A stretch of 64,000 nucleotides of DNA from Spirochaetota bacterium (GCA_003247225.1 QKAK01000057.1:4774-68773), one strand, 5' to 3'. Shown: positions 1 to 9,111, counted from the first letter of the stretch. Made by a program: numbers and translations. The notes: generated from the letters alone by a model not told the origin.

Positions 1-1064
1 GGCGCCTTGATGCGATAGGCGCCGCAGACCCGCTTCCCGTCGCGCAGCGACGCGGTGAACACGGTCACCTCGTCGCTCGAGGGCCAGAGCACCTGGTCGA
101 CGACGGTATTGCCCTGCAGGAACAGGTAGGGCATCGCGTTGACCGCGGCCTCGCGGCCGAAGTCGTCCGGGTCGAGGCCGTACAGGAAGATGTTGCGGCC
201 GTCCTTGCAGAGCAGCACCTTGGAGCCGTCGGGCGATATCCAGAAGGAGTCGAAGTTCGGGTCGTAGGGGAAGGGGGCCTTGCCGACGAGGACGCCGGGC
301 TGGACGATGCCGGAGTAGATGGCCTGGGTGAAGAACTCCTGCGGCATGATGCGGTACATCGAGCGGTCGCGCAGCAGGTAGAGGCTGCCGTTGGCGCTCC
401 AGCGCGCCTGCGACACGCGGCCCGCGCCGACCTTGCGCCAGCTCTCGTCGGGCACGCGCCCGGCCCGGGCCTGCTCGGTGGAGAAGTAGTATATCTCCGA
501 GCCCTTGCCGTAGACGAAGTAGCGGCTGTCGGGCGACCACGAGGCGGGGAAGCTGTCGGCCGAGTACTCGATCGACAGCGCGACCGTCGTCTCGCTGCCG
601 GCGGAGAGGTCGAACAGGATCAGGTCGCCGCGCGCGGGGCTCGTCGGCGACAGGTAGAGCAGCATGGTGCCGTCGGGGGACGGCCTCGAGTCGACGAGGC
701 GGCCCTGCTGGACCGCCGAGCCGCGCGCGAACGACGGTATGCCGGCCAGCGGGGCGAGGCCGCCGAAGCCGCGCTCGGTCATGAACACGCCGAATCGGTT
801 GCGTATCTGGAGGCGTCGGCCGTCGTCGACGACGGCGATCGACTCGGGGTAGAAGGTCAGCTGGACGAGCTCGCCGGTCTCGGCGTCCGCCGAGAACAGC
901 GTCTCGTAGCCCGGCTCGCCCGGCACCTCGACGCGGGCGCTGAACAGGATCCTGTCGTCGGGCGATATGTCCAGCCCCGCGAACTCTATGTCGGCCGACG
1001 CCTCGAGCGCGACGGCGGCGGCTAGGATCGAGGCGGCCAGGATGCGGAATCGAACAGTGGTCAT
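1..1064 (-). CDS. PD40/TolB-like periplasmic beta-propeller repeat protein, N-terminal ~354 codons (gene continues beyond window start)
   Basis: Absent from the ORF track because it is open at the window edge. Reverse-strand ATG at 1064..1062. Hand translation gives MTTVRFRILAASILAAAVALEASA (signal-peptide-like), then recurring SPDG/SPDS...Y motifs (SPDGTMLLY, SPDSRYFVY, SPDGSKVLL) typical of PD40 repeats. Confidence 0.55.
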   Translation of the reverse strand, partial: MTTVRFRILAASILAAAVALEASADIEFAGLDISPDDRILFSARVEVPGEPGYETLFSADAETGELVQLTFYPESIAVVDDGRRLQIRNRFGVFMTERGFGGLAPLAGIPSFARGSAVQQGRLVDSRPSPDGTMLLYLSPTSPARGDLILFDLSAGSETTVALSIEYSADSFPASWSPDSRYFVYGKGSEIYYFSTEQARAGRVPDESWRKVGAGRVSQARWSANGSLYLLRDRSMYRIMPQEFFTQAIYSGIVQPGVLVGKAPFPYDPNFDSFWISPDGSKVLLCKDGRNIFLYGLDPDDFGREAAVNAMPYLFLQGNTVVDQVLWPSSDEVTVFTASLRDGKRVCGAYRIKA

Positions 1065-1145
1065 GGCGTTCCCCTTCGATCCATTTTCGGCTAAAAAGCC
1101 GCCGAGCGATAGGGGAAGCCGGCCCGGGGGGGCTCTAGGGTAGGA

Positions 1146-1334
1146 TTATCGCAGCGGGAAGTATTGCTCGCAGTGGCCGGAGCCCTTGGTCTTCTGATGG
1201 GTCATCAGGCAGACGCCGTCGCCGCCCTCGTCGACCTTGATCTTCTTCTTCTCCGGGTAGAACGTCCGCTGGCCGGTCCATTGGATGCAGGCGTAGCAGC
1301 GCTTGATACCGATATCCTTCATTTCCTGGGACAT
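1146..1334 (-). CDS. Small Cys-containing hypothetical protein (62 aa from the SD-preceded ATG; the ORF itself extends to 1358)
   Basis: ORF 1146..1358. The internal start MSQEMKD is preceded by AAAGGAGC. Four Cys (CxxC plus two distal). No family recognised. Confidence 0.4.
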   Translation of the reverse strand: MSQEMKDIGIKRCYACIQWTGQRTFYPEKKKIKVDEGGDGVCLMTHQKTKGSGHCEQYFPLR

Positions 1335-1394
1335 GGTCGCTCCTTTCCGTCTGTTCATATTCTCGTCAGGCGGGCCGGGGGAGTTGACGGGTAT

Positions 1395-2207
1395 TCAGCG
1401 GCGGAGGACGAGGCGGTCGATCAGGTCGGCGACGGCGCCGGAGTCGTGCGGCAGCGGCGATACGTGGAGGGCTACTGCCAGCACCTCGGGCCTGGCGTCC
1501 GCCGGGGCGCAGCCGACGCCGGCCCAGGAGACCATGCCCACGTCGTTGCCGGCGTCGCCGACGGCCATCACCGACTCGCGCGGCGTCCCGCGGGCGCCGG
1601 CCACCCAGGCCAGGGCCTCGCCCTTGTCGGCGCCGGCCGGCAGCACCTCGATGAAGTACGGCTTGGAGACGACCACCTCGGCGATGCCCGCGAGGCGCCG
1701 CTTCAGGACGGGCGATATCTCGGCGATGCGGTCGGGCTCGCCGGCCGAGATCAGCTTGCTCCTCGGGGCGCCGGCTATCTCGGAGCTGGAGCCGACCACG
1801 CGTATCGGCAGGCCGGTCAGCTCGCGGTCGCGGTCGGTCCAGCGGTTGCGCTCGGTGACGACGATGCCGCCGTCGTCGTAGGCCTGGACCGGGAGGCCGT
1901 AGCCCGCCAGCGCCTCGATCGCGGCTGAGCAGGCGTCGGCCGTAAGGGTGAGCCTGCGCGTCAGCTCGCCGGAGTCGACGTCGCGGACCTCGGAGCCGTT
2001 GGCGCAGATCATCGGCAGGCCGCGGCCCCTCATGCCGAGCTCGACGGCGTAGGGCATCATCGACTCGACGGTGCGCCCCGAGGCGAGCATGACGTCGACG
2101 CCCGAGTCGAGGGCGCGGCGCACCGCGTCGAGGTTGGCCGGGTGGATACGCAGTTCGGGCGTCAGCAGGGTATCGTCGAGGTCGAGGGCGATCAGTCGTA
2201 CGGGCAT
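1395..2207 (-). CDS. Cof-type HAD-IIB family hydrolase (sugar phosphatase-like)
   Basis: N-terminal IALDLDDTLL (HAD motif I) and C-terminal GDAGND (motif IV); 270 aa, as in Cof/YidA-type phosphatases. Confidence 0.8.
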   Translation of the reverse strand: MPVRLIALDLDDTLLTPELRIHPANLDAVRRALDSGVDVMLASGRTVESMMPYAVELGMRGRGLPMICANGSEVRDVDSGELTRRLTLTADACSAAIEALAGYGLPVQAYDDGGIVVTERNRWTDRDRELTGLPIRVVGSSSEIAGAPRSKLISAGEPDRIAEISPVLKRRLAGIAEVVVSKPYFIEVLPAGADKGEALAWVAGARGTPRESVMAVGDAGNDVGMVSWAGVGCAPADARPEVLAVALHVSPLPHDSGAVADLIDRLVLRR

Positions 2208-2338
2208 GCGGACCTTATACCACGGCCGGCATGGGCGTCACAAGGACGGCCTCCGGGCGGATGCCCAATCTAAAGGATGCGCCGTCCGGCCATCCGCGCT
2301 ATACTTACGCGCGTACTCGCCGTCGACATGGAGGGCGT

Positions 2339-3298
2339 ATGATAGGTAGGAGACTTCTAGCCGCGTTGCTGGCCGCCTCCGCTCTGGCCCTGGCCGGGGC
2401 CCAGGACGCGGAGCTGGCCGAGGCCCTGGACGCCGCCGCGTCGGGGTATTACCTGCCGGAGCTCAGGGCGGCGTTCGGCACCTTCACCTACGAGTACTCG
2501 GGCCTGCCGACGCCGTTCTCGCGATGGGTCGAGGATCGCGCCCTGCTAGCGGCGGCCGGCTCGTCCAGGGTCCGGGTGCTCAACCGCAACGCCGCGGCCG
2601 CGATGGACCCGGTGCTCGGCTCGACGTACGCCGATTTCATCCGCGAGACCGGCGCCGAGGCCATGCTGTCCGGCCGCTTCTTCGACGAGGGAGGCCGGGC
2701 CAGGGTCCGTTTCGAGCTGACCGAGCTGTCGAGCGGCACGCTGATAGGCGCCGGCGACTGGTACGTGCCGGCCTCCGCCATCCCGGCGTACGCGTCGGTG
2801 AGGCCGGCCTCGGGCGCCGTCGACCGGGCGCGCGAGCTGGCGAGGCTCTCGGGCTCCCCCGCGGGCAAGCTGTCCGTGTCGGTCAGCACCGACCGGGGCG
2901 CCGGCGCCGCGTACCGCGTAGGCGAGGAGCTCTCGTTGATCATAGGCGTCAACGAGGACGCGTACGCCCGCGTCTACCACGTGGACGGCTCGGGGAGGGT
3001 GCAGCTCATCTGGCCGAACGGCTTCGGCGGCGGCGACGGCCGTATCGCCGCCGGATCGCCCGTGCGGCTGCCGCCCGACGAGGCCGCGCCCTACGCGTTC
3101 GTGATGGAGCCGCCCTACGGCACCGAATTCATCAAGGTGATCGCGTCGACGCTGCCGTTCGACGACGGCCTCGAGGCTTTCAGCGACCTGGGGCCGGTCT
3201 CGTCCGGCATGATGACCCGCGGCCTGGCCGTTACCGATACGAAGTCCGTGGCCGCGAGCCTCGCGGAGGCCCTGGCCAGCTACTATATCGGCCCCTAG
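2339..3298 (+). CDS. Secreted protein with DUF4384-like C-terminal domain
   Basis: ORF 2231..3298. The start was moved to ATG 2339 (GGAGGG upstream), giving the signal peptide MIGRRLLAALLAASALALAGAQD. The C-terminal block (YHVDGSGRVQLIWPN...FIKVIAS) resembles DUF4384 from memory. Confidence 0.5.
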   Translation: MIGRRLLAALLAASALALAGAQDAELAEALDAAASGYYLPELRAAFGTFTYEYSGLPTPFSRWVEDRALLAAAGSSRVRVLNRNAAAAMDPVLGSTYADFIRETGAEAMLSGRFFDEGGRARVRFELTELSSGTLIGAGDWYVPASAIPAYASVRPASGAVDRARELARLSGSPAGKLSVSVSTDRGAGAAYRVGEELSLIIGVNEDAYARVYHVDGSGRVQLIWPNGFGGGDGRIAAGSPVRLPPDEAAPYAFVMEPPYGTEFIKVIASTLPFDDGLEAFSDLGPVSSGMMTRGLAVTDTKSVAASLAEALASYYIGP

Positions 3299-3396
3299 CG
3301 ACCCGGCCCGCGGCCGCGGCCGCTCGCGCGCCGTCGTTTCCGGCCGGAGGACGGCGCGCCTTGCGGCGCCGGCGCCTTTGACGCTACAGTGCCGTC

Positions 3397-4989
3397 ATGA
3401 GCGATGAATCGGAGGCGACCGGGCGCCTCGTCCGCGAGAGCGGCAAGCTGTCGGCGCTGACGATGGTCTCGCGGGTGCTCGGCCTGATACGCGACCGCAC
3501 GCGCGGCGCGCTGATGGGCACCGGCGTGCTGGCCGACGCCTTCACGGTGGCCTTCAGCGTGCCGAACCTGTTCCGGCGCCTGTTCGCCGAGGGCTCGATG
3601 TCCGTCGCGTTCATCCCGACGGTCAAGGCCTACCTGTCCGAGGGCGACCGCGAGAAGACCGAGGAATTCCTGTCGTCGATGTTCACGGCGCTGAGCCTGG
3701 CCGTCTGCGCGGTCGTCGCCGCCGGCGTCGCCGCCTCGCCGCTGCTGGTCGGGCTATTCGACTCCGAGCCCGTCGAGACGACCGTCCTGATGCGGATGAT
3801 GTTCCCGTTCCTGGCGCTCGTGTCGATCGCGGCCTTCTTCCAGGGCATCCTGAACGCCTACGGCTCGTTCACGCCGTCCGGCTTCGCCCCGATACTGTTC
3901 AACCTGAGCTTCATCTTCGTGCCGATGATGCTCGGCGGGCTCGCGGCCAACCCCGCGCGCGCGATGGCGGTCGGCGTCGTCGTAGGCGGCACCCTCCAGG
4001 CCCTATGCCAGCTGCCGTACGTGCTGCGCTTCGGCGCCCGTTTCGGCCTCGTGTCGCCGAGGCGCGCCTTCTCGAACCCGGGCGTGCGCCGCGTGCTGTC
4101 GCTGATCGCCCCGACCATCCTGGGCATGGCCGCCTACGAGGTGAACGGGCTCGTCTCGACGTCGCTGGCGACGCGGGCCGGCACCGGGGCGGCGACCGCG
4201 CTCAGCTTCTCGCTGCGCCTCCAGGAGCTGGTGCTCGGCGTGTTCGTCGTGTCGGTCGGCACGGTGCTCCTGCCGGAACTGTCCGGCCTCGCGGCCGAGG
4301 GCGACTGGAAGCGCTATCGGGAGCGGCTGACGAGGGCGCTCGACGCGATAGCGCTGATCACCGTGCCGATCGCGGTGCTCGCCATCCTCGAGCGCTTCGA
4401 TATCGTTTCGCTGCTGTTCAGGACCCGGGCCTTCGGCGACGATTCGGTGGCGCAGACCGCCGGCGCGTTCTTCTACCATATGCTCGGCCTGACGTTCATC
4501 GGCGCGAACCGCATCCTGGCCCCGGCCTTCTACGCCCGCGGCGATACGAGGACGCCGGCCTGGTCCGGCATCGTCGCGGTCGGCGTCAACGTGGCCGCGG
4601 CGTTCGCGCTGCAGCCCGTCATGGGCGGGGCGGGCATAGCCCTGGCCTTGTCCATAGCGAGCGCCGTCAATACGGGCGCGCTGATCGTCATGATGGTCAG
4701 GATGGGCGTGGACGGGCTGGGGGCGGCCCTCGGGGCCGTGGCGCTCTACGTGCTGAAGCTGCTGGCCTATTCCGCCGTCGCCGCCGCGCCGGTCCTGCTG
4801 CTGCGGCAGCCGTTGGCCGAGGCCTTCGGCGGCTCGCGCTCCAACCTGGTAGCCTACGGAGTCCCGTTCGCGCTGTCGGCGCTCGCGTTCGGGGCCGTCG
4901 GCGTGGCGCTGCTCGCCGCGACGAAGGATAGGGCGGCCGGGTTCCTGGTATCCTCGGTGACGGGTAGAAGCAAGAGGCGTTCCAACTAG
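3397..4989 (+). CDS. murJ: Lipid II flippase MurJ (MviN)
   Basis: 530 aa polytopic protein. The N-terminus SRVLGLIRDRTRGALMGTGVLADAFTVAFSVPNLFRRLFAEGSMSVAFIP is the canonical MurJ signature. Confidence 0.9.
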   Translation: MSDESEATGRLVRESGKLSALTMVSRVLGLIRDRTRGALMGTGVLADAFTVAFSVPNLFRRLFAEGSMSVAFIPTVKAYLSEGDREKTEEFLSSMFTALSLAVCAVVAAGVAASPLLVGLFDSEPVETTVLMRMMFPFLALVSIAAFFQGILNAYGSFTPSGFAPILFNLSFIFVPMMLGGLAANPARAMAVGVVVGGTLQALCQLPYVLRFGARFGLVSPRRAFSNPGVRRVLSLIAPTILGMAAYEVNGLVSTSLATRAGTGAATALSFSLRLQELVLGVFVVSVGTVLLPELSGLAAEGDWKRYRERLTRALDAIALITVPIAVLAILERFDIVSLLFRTRAFGDDSVAQTAGAFFYHMLGLTFIGANRILAPAFYARGDTRTPAWSGIVAVGVNVAAAFALQPVMGGAGIALALSIASAVNTGALIVMMVRMGVDGLGAALGAVALYVLKLLAYSAVAAAPVLLLRQPLAEAFGGSRSNLVAYGVPFALSALAFGAVGVALLAATKDRAAGFLVSSVTGRSKRRSN

Positions 4990-5009
4990 GACGAATCGTC
5001 GCCGCGCTA

Positions 5010-5038
5010 TTGACAAAGGCGGCGGCGGTTGGTATTGT
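5010..5038 (+). promoter_or_regulatory. Sigma70-type promoter for tRNA-Thr/rpmG/tRNA-Trp/secE/nusG
   Basis: TTGACA (5010-5015), 17-nt spacer, TATTGT (5033-5038). The tRNA begins 16 nt downstream. Confidence 0.55.
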
Positions 5039-5053
5039 ACCGGCGCTTATAAC

Positions 5054-5126
5054 GCCCTTGTAGCTCAGTTGGCAGAGCACATCCATGGTAAGGATGAGGT
5101 CATCGGTTCGATTCCGATCGAGGGCT
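5054..5126 (+). tRNA. tRNA-Thr (anticodon GGT)
   Basis: Hand-folded cloverleaf: acceptor GCCCTTG/CGAGGGC, D arm GCTC-AGTTGGC-AGAGC, anticodon arm CATCC-ATGGTAA-GGATG, T arm ATCGG-TTCGATT-CCGAT. No encoded CCA. Confidence 0.9.
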
Positions 5127-5262
5127 CTCTGTTCGCGTTTGGCGAACCAGGCGTTCAAGTCGGTCGTCGCTCCGCGTCGTCCGATCGAGGGCTCTATGCG
5201 CATCGCGGATGCGCCGGGCCTGCAAGTCGGTTGCCGCTCCGCGGTATCCGATCGAGGGCTTT
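5113..5262 (+). repeat. Tandem repeat with 67-nt period seeded by the tRNA-Thr 3' end (two full units plus a partial third)
   Basis: TCCGATCGAGGGCT(C/T)T occurs at 5113, 5180 and 5247. The units share CAAGTCGGTyGyCGCTCCGCG. The 5' halves of the units differ in sequence but each forms a hairpin. Confidence 0.85.
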
Positions 5263-5296
5263 TACTGGTATCTGGGGCTGGTCGGCGCGATTGACG

Positions 5297-5331
5297 CGGC
5301 GCGTCGCGACGCGCCGGGCTCCATTTTTTTT
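5297..5331 (+). terminator. GC palindrome plus T8 tract (possible attenuator/terminator before rpmG)
   Basis: CGGCGCGTCG/CGACGCGCCG is a perfect palindrome at 5297-5316. The T8 run at 5324-5331 is separated from the stem by 7 nt, so the geometry is imperfect for an intrinsic terminator. Confidence 0.3.
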
Positions 5332-5376
5332 CGACGATCGCCGAGGCGGCCGTCAATCTTCCGGGAGGGTCGGACC

Positions 5377-5550
5377 ATGGCTGGAAAGAAGCAGGTCGTT
5401 GAGATCATCGCCCTTGCATGCACCGAATGCAAGCGCCGAAACTATACGACGACGAAGAACAGGAAGACCAAGCAGGAGAAGCTTGAGCTCATGAAGTACT
5501 GCAAGTGGGATCATAAGCATACCCTGCATAAGGAAACGAAGGTAAAGTAA
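5377..5550 (+). CDS. rpmG: 50S ribosomal protein L33
   Basis: [63 protein letters not shown] lies 7 nt upstream. This is the internal start of ORF 5209..5550. Confidence 0.95.
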   Translation: MAGKKQVVEIIALACTECKRRNYTTTKNRKTKQEKLELMKYCKWDHKHTLHKETKVK

Positions 5551-5631
5551 TCCTTCGCCGGGCGACGCGGCCGCGGTCGCGTCGCCTCGTGCGCCTGCTC
5601 GGTTCGGTTCGAGCCCGGCAGGCGCACGATT

Positions 5632-5704
5632 AGGCCAGTAGCTCTAATGGTAGAGCGCCGGTCTCCAAAACCGGATGTTGAGGGTTCGAATCCTTCCTGG
5701 CCTG
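5632..5704 (+). tRNA. tRNA-Trp (anticodon CCA)
   Basis: Hand-folded: acceptor AGGCCAG/CTGGCCT, anticodon loop CTCCAAA, T arm GAGGG-TTCGAAT-CCTTC. Confidence 0.9.
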
Positions 5705-5829
5705 TTTGCATGGCGCGGCTTTGACGGCCGCATATTCGTAGCCGCGCCGAATGGCGCGGCGGCTCTGTTTACGAGCCGTATGGCAAGAGCGCGAACCCGA
5801 GGGTTCGATATCGCCGCAAGGAGCCCCGC

Positions 5830-6009
5830 ATGAAAAAGATAGTCCAGTTCTTTAAGGATAGCTACGGCGAGCTCAGGAAGGTCGTTTGGCCGTCCAAGGA
5901 CAGCGTGATCGCCTCTACCAAGGTCGTGCTCGTCTCGACGCTGGTCGTGGCGCTGTTCCTGGGCGTCGTGGACTTCCTCCTCGTCCGCGGCATCGACCTG
6001 TTCTTCTGA
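5830..6009 (+). CDS. secE: Preprotein translocase subunit SecE (59 aa; below the ORF-track length cut-off)
   Basis: Hand translation MKKIVQFFKDSYGELRKVVWPSKDSVIASTKVVLVSTLVVALFLGVVDFLLVRGIDLFF. AAGGAG upstream. Conserved position before nusG. Confidence 0.9.
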   Translation: MKKIVQFFKDSYGELRKVVWPSKDSVIASTKVVLVSTLVVALFLGVVDFLLVRGIDLFF

Positions 6010-6025
6010 TCCGGTAACCGTACAG

Positions 6026-6583
6026 ATGGCTAAATCCTGGTACGTCCTGCACGTCTATTCAGGTTACGAGGCGAAGATCGAGCGGACCATCCGCATGCTC
6101 ATCGCCAACGGGGACCTGGACGGCGCGGTGGTGACCGATATTAAGATCCCGAGCGAGGAAGTGGTCGACGTCAAGGACGGCAAGCGCCGTACGTCGTCCA
6201 GGAAGATGCTTCCCGGATACATCCTCGTCGAGATGGACCTTCCGGAGAGCGACTGGAAGGCTACCTGCTCGACGATCAAGAAGATCACCGGCGTTACCGG
6301 CTTCGTCGGCGCCACGATGCACCATAAGCCCGCCCCCATTTCCGGCGAGGAGGCCAGGCATATCCTGCAGCGCGCCGGCGAGATCAAGGGCGACAGGCCG
6401 GCCAAGTCGAGGCAGACGTTCTCGGTAGGCGAGCAGGTAAAGATAATCGAGGGACCGTTCGATTCGTTCACCGGAACGATCGAGGAGGTCAGCCCCGATA
6501 AGAATAAGCTCCGGGTCATGGTGGGCATCTTCGGGCGCGCGACGCCCGTCGAGGTCGACATGCTCCAGGTGGAGAAGATGTAA
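6026..6583 (+). CDS. nusG: Transcription termination/antitermination factor NusG
   Basis: MAKSWYVLHVYSGYEAKIE...; KOW-region motif EGPFDSFTGTIEEV. Confidence 0.95.
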   Translation: MAKSWYVLHVYSGYEAKIERTIRMLIANGDLDGAVVTDIKIPSEEVVDVKDGKRRTSSRKMLPGYILVEMDLPESDWKATCSTIKKITGVTGFVGATMHHKPAPISGEEARHILQRAGEIKGDRPAKSRQTFSVGEQVKIIEGPFDSFTGTIEEVSPDKNKLRVMVGIFGRATPVEVDMLQVEKM

Positions 6584-6863
6584 CGAGGCAAGCGGCGCCC
6601 TAGGGCGCTTCTCATAGGTTCGGGATACAGCAGGAGCGCGCGGAGACGCGCGGCGCGCCCGGTAGGGCGCGGGATCGGATAGGCCGCCTCGTCGGCCCCT
6701 TCGGTACTCCGCTCCGTATGATGGGAGCCTTCCGTACTAAGGGCGCTAGTCGCGCTCTCCCGGCGGAAGGCGCTAACCCCGGCGACCTGACCCCTCGAAC
6801 GAGGGGAGGACCGGGGCCCGAGGCGCCATGGGGCGTCACGGGACACCACGAAAGGAGTCGATC

Positions 6864-7295
6864 ATGGCTAAGAAAGTGGTCACCGCGATCATCAAGTTGC
6901 AGTGCCCAGCAGGCAAGGCTACGCCCGCGCCGCCCGTAGGACCCGCTCTCGGTCCCCACGGCGTCAGCGCGCCGCAGTTCTGCCAGCAGTTCAACGACAG
7001 GACCAAGTCGATGGAGGCGGGGCTCACCATTCCCTGCGTCATCACGGTCTACAAGGACAAGTCCTTCACCTTCATCACGAAGACGCCGCCCGCGTCCGTC
7101 CTCATCAAGAAGGCCATCGGCCTCGATAAGGGCTCGGCGGTTCCTCACAAGCAGAAGGTGGGCAAGATCCCCCACGCCAAGGTGACGGAGATAGCCAAGC
7201 TCAAGCTCAAGGATCTCTCGGCCAACGACGTAGAGGCCGCCGAGCGCATCATAGCCGGTACCGCCCGCGCCATGGGCGTCGAAGTGGAGTGGTAA
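6864..7295 (+). CDS. rplK: 50S ribosomal protein L11
   Basis: Internal start [30 protein letters not shown] of ORF 6828..7295; GAAAGGAG upstream. Confidence 0.95.
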   Translation: MAKKVVTAIIKLQCPAGKATPAPPVGPALGPHGVSAPQFCQQFNDRTKSMEAGLTIPCVITVYKDKSFTFITKTPPASVLIKKAIGLDKGSAVPHKQKVGKIPHAKVTEIAKLKLKDLSANDVEAAERIIAGTARAMGVEVEW

Positions 7296-7298
7296 GCG

Positions 7299-7982
7299 AT
7301 GAAGCACGGTAAGAAATACAGGGAAGTCGTCAAGAAGGTCGAGGCCGGCAAGGCGTACGAGCTCGCCGAGGCCTGCGCGCTGCTCAAGGAGCTCAAGGTC
7401 GCCAAGTTCGACGAGACGGTCGAGGCCCACATCAAGCTCAACCTGAAGAAGAGCCAGACGGTCCGCGACACCGTCGTCCTCCCCCATCAGTTCAAGGCCG
7501 AGAAGAAGGTCCTCGTCTTCTGCAAGCCCGACAAGGAGAAGGAGGCCCTCGAGGCCGGGGCCGCCTACGTCGGAAGCGACGAACTGATCGAGAAGATCAA
7601 GGGCGGCTGGATGGACTTCGACATCGCCGTCGCGACGCCCGACATGATGAAGGACGTCGGTAAGCTCGGTATGGTCCTCGGCCGCCGCGGCCTCATGCCG
7701 AACCCGAAGACCGGCACCGTCACCTTCGACGTCAAGGCCGCCATCGGCGAGCTCAAGAAGGGCCGGACCGAGTTCAGGACCGACAAGACCAATATCATCC
7801 ATATCTCGGTGGGCAAGCTGTCGATGGAGCCGGCTCAGGTCGCCTCCAACCTCGAGACGCTGCTCGGCGAGATCCAGCGCAAGCGCCCGTCCGACGTGAA
7901 GGGCGAATTCGTCCAGTCCGTGTACGTGGCCGGCACGATGACGCCGAGCGTCAAGGTCGCCCTGGCCAAGGTAGAGAGGTAA
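7299..7982 (+). CDS. rplA: 50S ribosomal protein L1
   Basis: MKHGKKYREVVKKVEAGKAYELAEA...; follows rplK by 3 nt. Confidence 0.95.
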   Translation: MKHGKKYREVVKKVEAGKAYELAEACALLKELKVAKFDETVEAHIKLNLKKSQTVRDTVVLPHQFKAEKKVLVFCKPDKEKEALEAGAAYVGSDELIEKIKGGWMDFDIAVATPDMMKDVGKLGMVLGRRGLMPNPKTGTVTFDVKAAIGELKKGRTEFRTDKTNIIHISVGKLSMEPAQVASNLETLLGEIQRKRPSDVKGEFVQSVYVAGTMTPSVKVALAKVER

Positions 7983-7985
7983 GAC

Positions 7986-8519
7986 ATGGCCTTACGAGCG
8001 AAGAAGACCCAGCCTAGCAAGGTCGAGGCCATCGAGGCCGTCGGCGCCAAGATCGCCGCCTCGAGCGACTTCATATTCACCGATTACCGCGGCCTGACCG
8101 TGGAGCAGATCACCGCGCTCAGGGCGCAGCTCCGCGAGAAGAACGCCGAGTACCACATCGTCAAGAACAACTTCGCGCGCATCGCGTTCGAGCAGAAGCA
8201 GTTCCCCGACGTCAGCGGCCTGCTCGTCGGCCCGACCGCCGTCGCCTTCGCCAAGAAGGACTCGAACGAGGTCGCCAAGATCATCCTCGAGTTCGGCAAG
8301 GAGACCTCGGTCAAGCTCAAGGGCGGCCTCGTCGACAAGGACGTGTACGACAAGGTCCAGATGGAGGCGTTCTCCAAGCTGCCGGGCAAGAGCCAGCTGC
8401 TGTCGATGCTGATGAGCGCGATGAACGCGCCGCTCCAGAACCTGGTCTACGCCATCAACGGCGTCCCGACGAAGCTCGTGCGGACCCTGCAGGCCGTAGC
8501 CGACAAGAAGGGCGCGTAA
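7986..8519 (+). CDS. rplJ: 50S ribosomal protein L10
   Basis: 177 aa; synteny between rplA and rplL; motif DYRGLTVEQITALR. Confidence 0.93.
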   Translation: MALRAKKTQPSKVEAIEAVGAKIAASSDFIFTDYRGLTVEQITALRAQLREKNAEYHIVKNNFARIAFEQKQFPDVSGLLVGPTAVAFAKKDSNEVAKIILEFGKETSVKLKGGLVDKDVYDKVQMEAFSKLPGKSQLLSMLMSAMNAPLQNLVYAINGVPTKLVRTLQAVADKKGA

Positions 8520-8663
8520 GCGCCCCGACCGTGAGATTCGCGGCGTCCAGGCTTCGGTAGCTGCCGTACCTGTTCGCCTTGATACCTCCGCGCGGGGCGA
8601 CCCGCGCGGAAGACGCTCCTCCGTAGGAAGAGCTATCGTCTTTAGCCATAAGGAGAAGATAAT

Positions 8664-9050
8664 ATGGCAGCGCTTACCACCGATCAGATCCTGGACGCCA
8701 TCGCCGAGATGACCGTCCTCGAAGTCTCCGCCCTCGTCAAGGCCATGGAAGAGAAGTTCGGCGTCACCGCCGCGGCCCCCGTCGCGATGGTCGCCGGCGC
8801 CGCCGGCGCCGCGGCCGCCCCGGCCGAGGAGCAGACCGAGTTCACCGTGATCCTCAAGGGCAACGTCCCCGCCGACAAGAAGATCGCGATCATCAAGGAA
8901 GTCCGCACCATCACGGGCCTGGGCCTCAAGGAGGCCAAGGATCTCGTCGAGGCCGGCGACAAGCCCCTGAAGGAGGGCATCGCCAAGGACGAGGCCGAGA
9001 AGATCAAGAAGGCGATCACCGAGGCCGGCGGCGCGGTCGAGATAAAGTAA
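8664..9050 (+). CDS. rplL: 50S ribosomal protein L7/L12
   Basis: Ala-rich hinge, then C-terminal [19 protein letters not shown]... Confidence 0.95.
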   Translation: MAALTTDQILDAIAEMTVLEVSALVKAMEEKFGVTAAAPVAMVAGAAGAAAAPAEEQTEFTVILKGNVPADKKIAIIKEVRTITGLGLKEAKDLVEAGDKPLKEGIAKDEAEKIKKAITEAGGAVEIK

Positions 9051-9111
9051 GGAACTTGAAGAAAGCGTCGAATCAACGCTACTCCCGCCGCGGCTCCGTG
9101 CCGCGGTCAGA

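Noticed and set aside
5069-5550. ORFs 5069-5494, 5085-5294 and the N-terminal extension of 5209-5550 run across the tRNA-Thr trailer repeats.
   Set aside because: They overlap a tRNA and a noncoding tandem repeat, have no SD and have Arg-rich junk-like sequence. Only the L33 part (5377-5550) is a real CDS.
6584-6863. The 280-nt nusG-rplK spacer, considered as a possible L1-binding autoregulatory leader or small gene.
   Set aside because: It is structured and GC-rich, with a GCGCCC-TA-GGGCGC hairpin after nusG. I could not identify a convincing L1-site mimic by eye, and the ORFs there (6718-6939 and others) lack SDs. It is left unannotated. An Rfam scan would decide.
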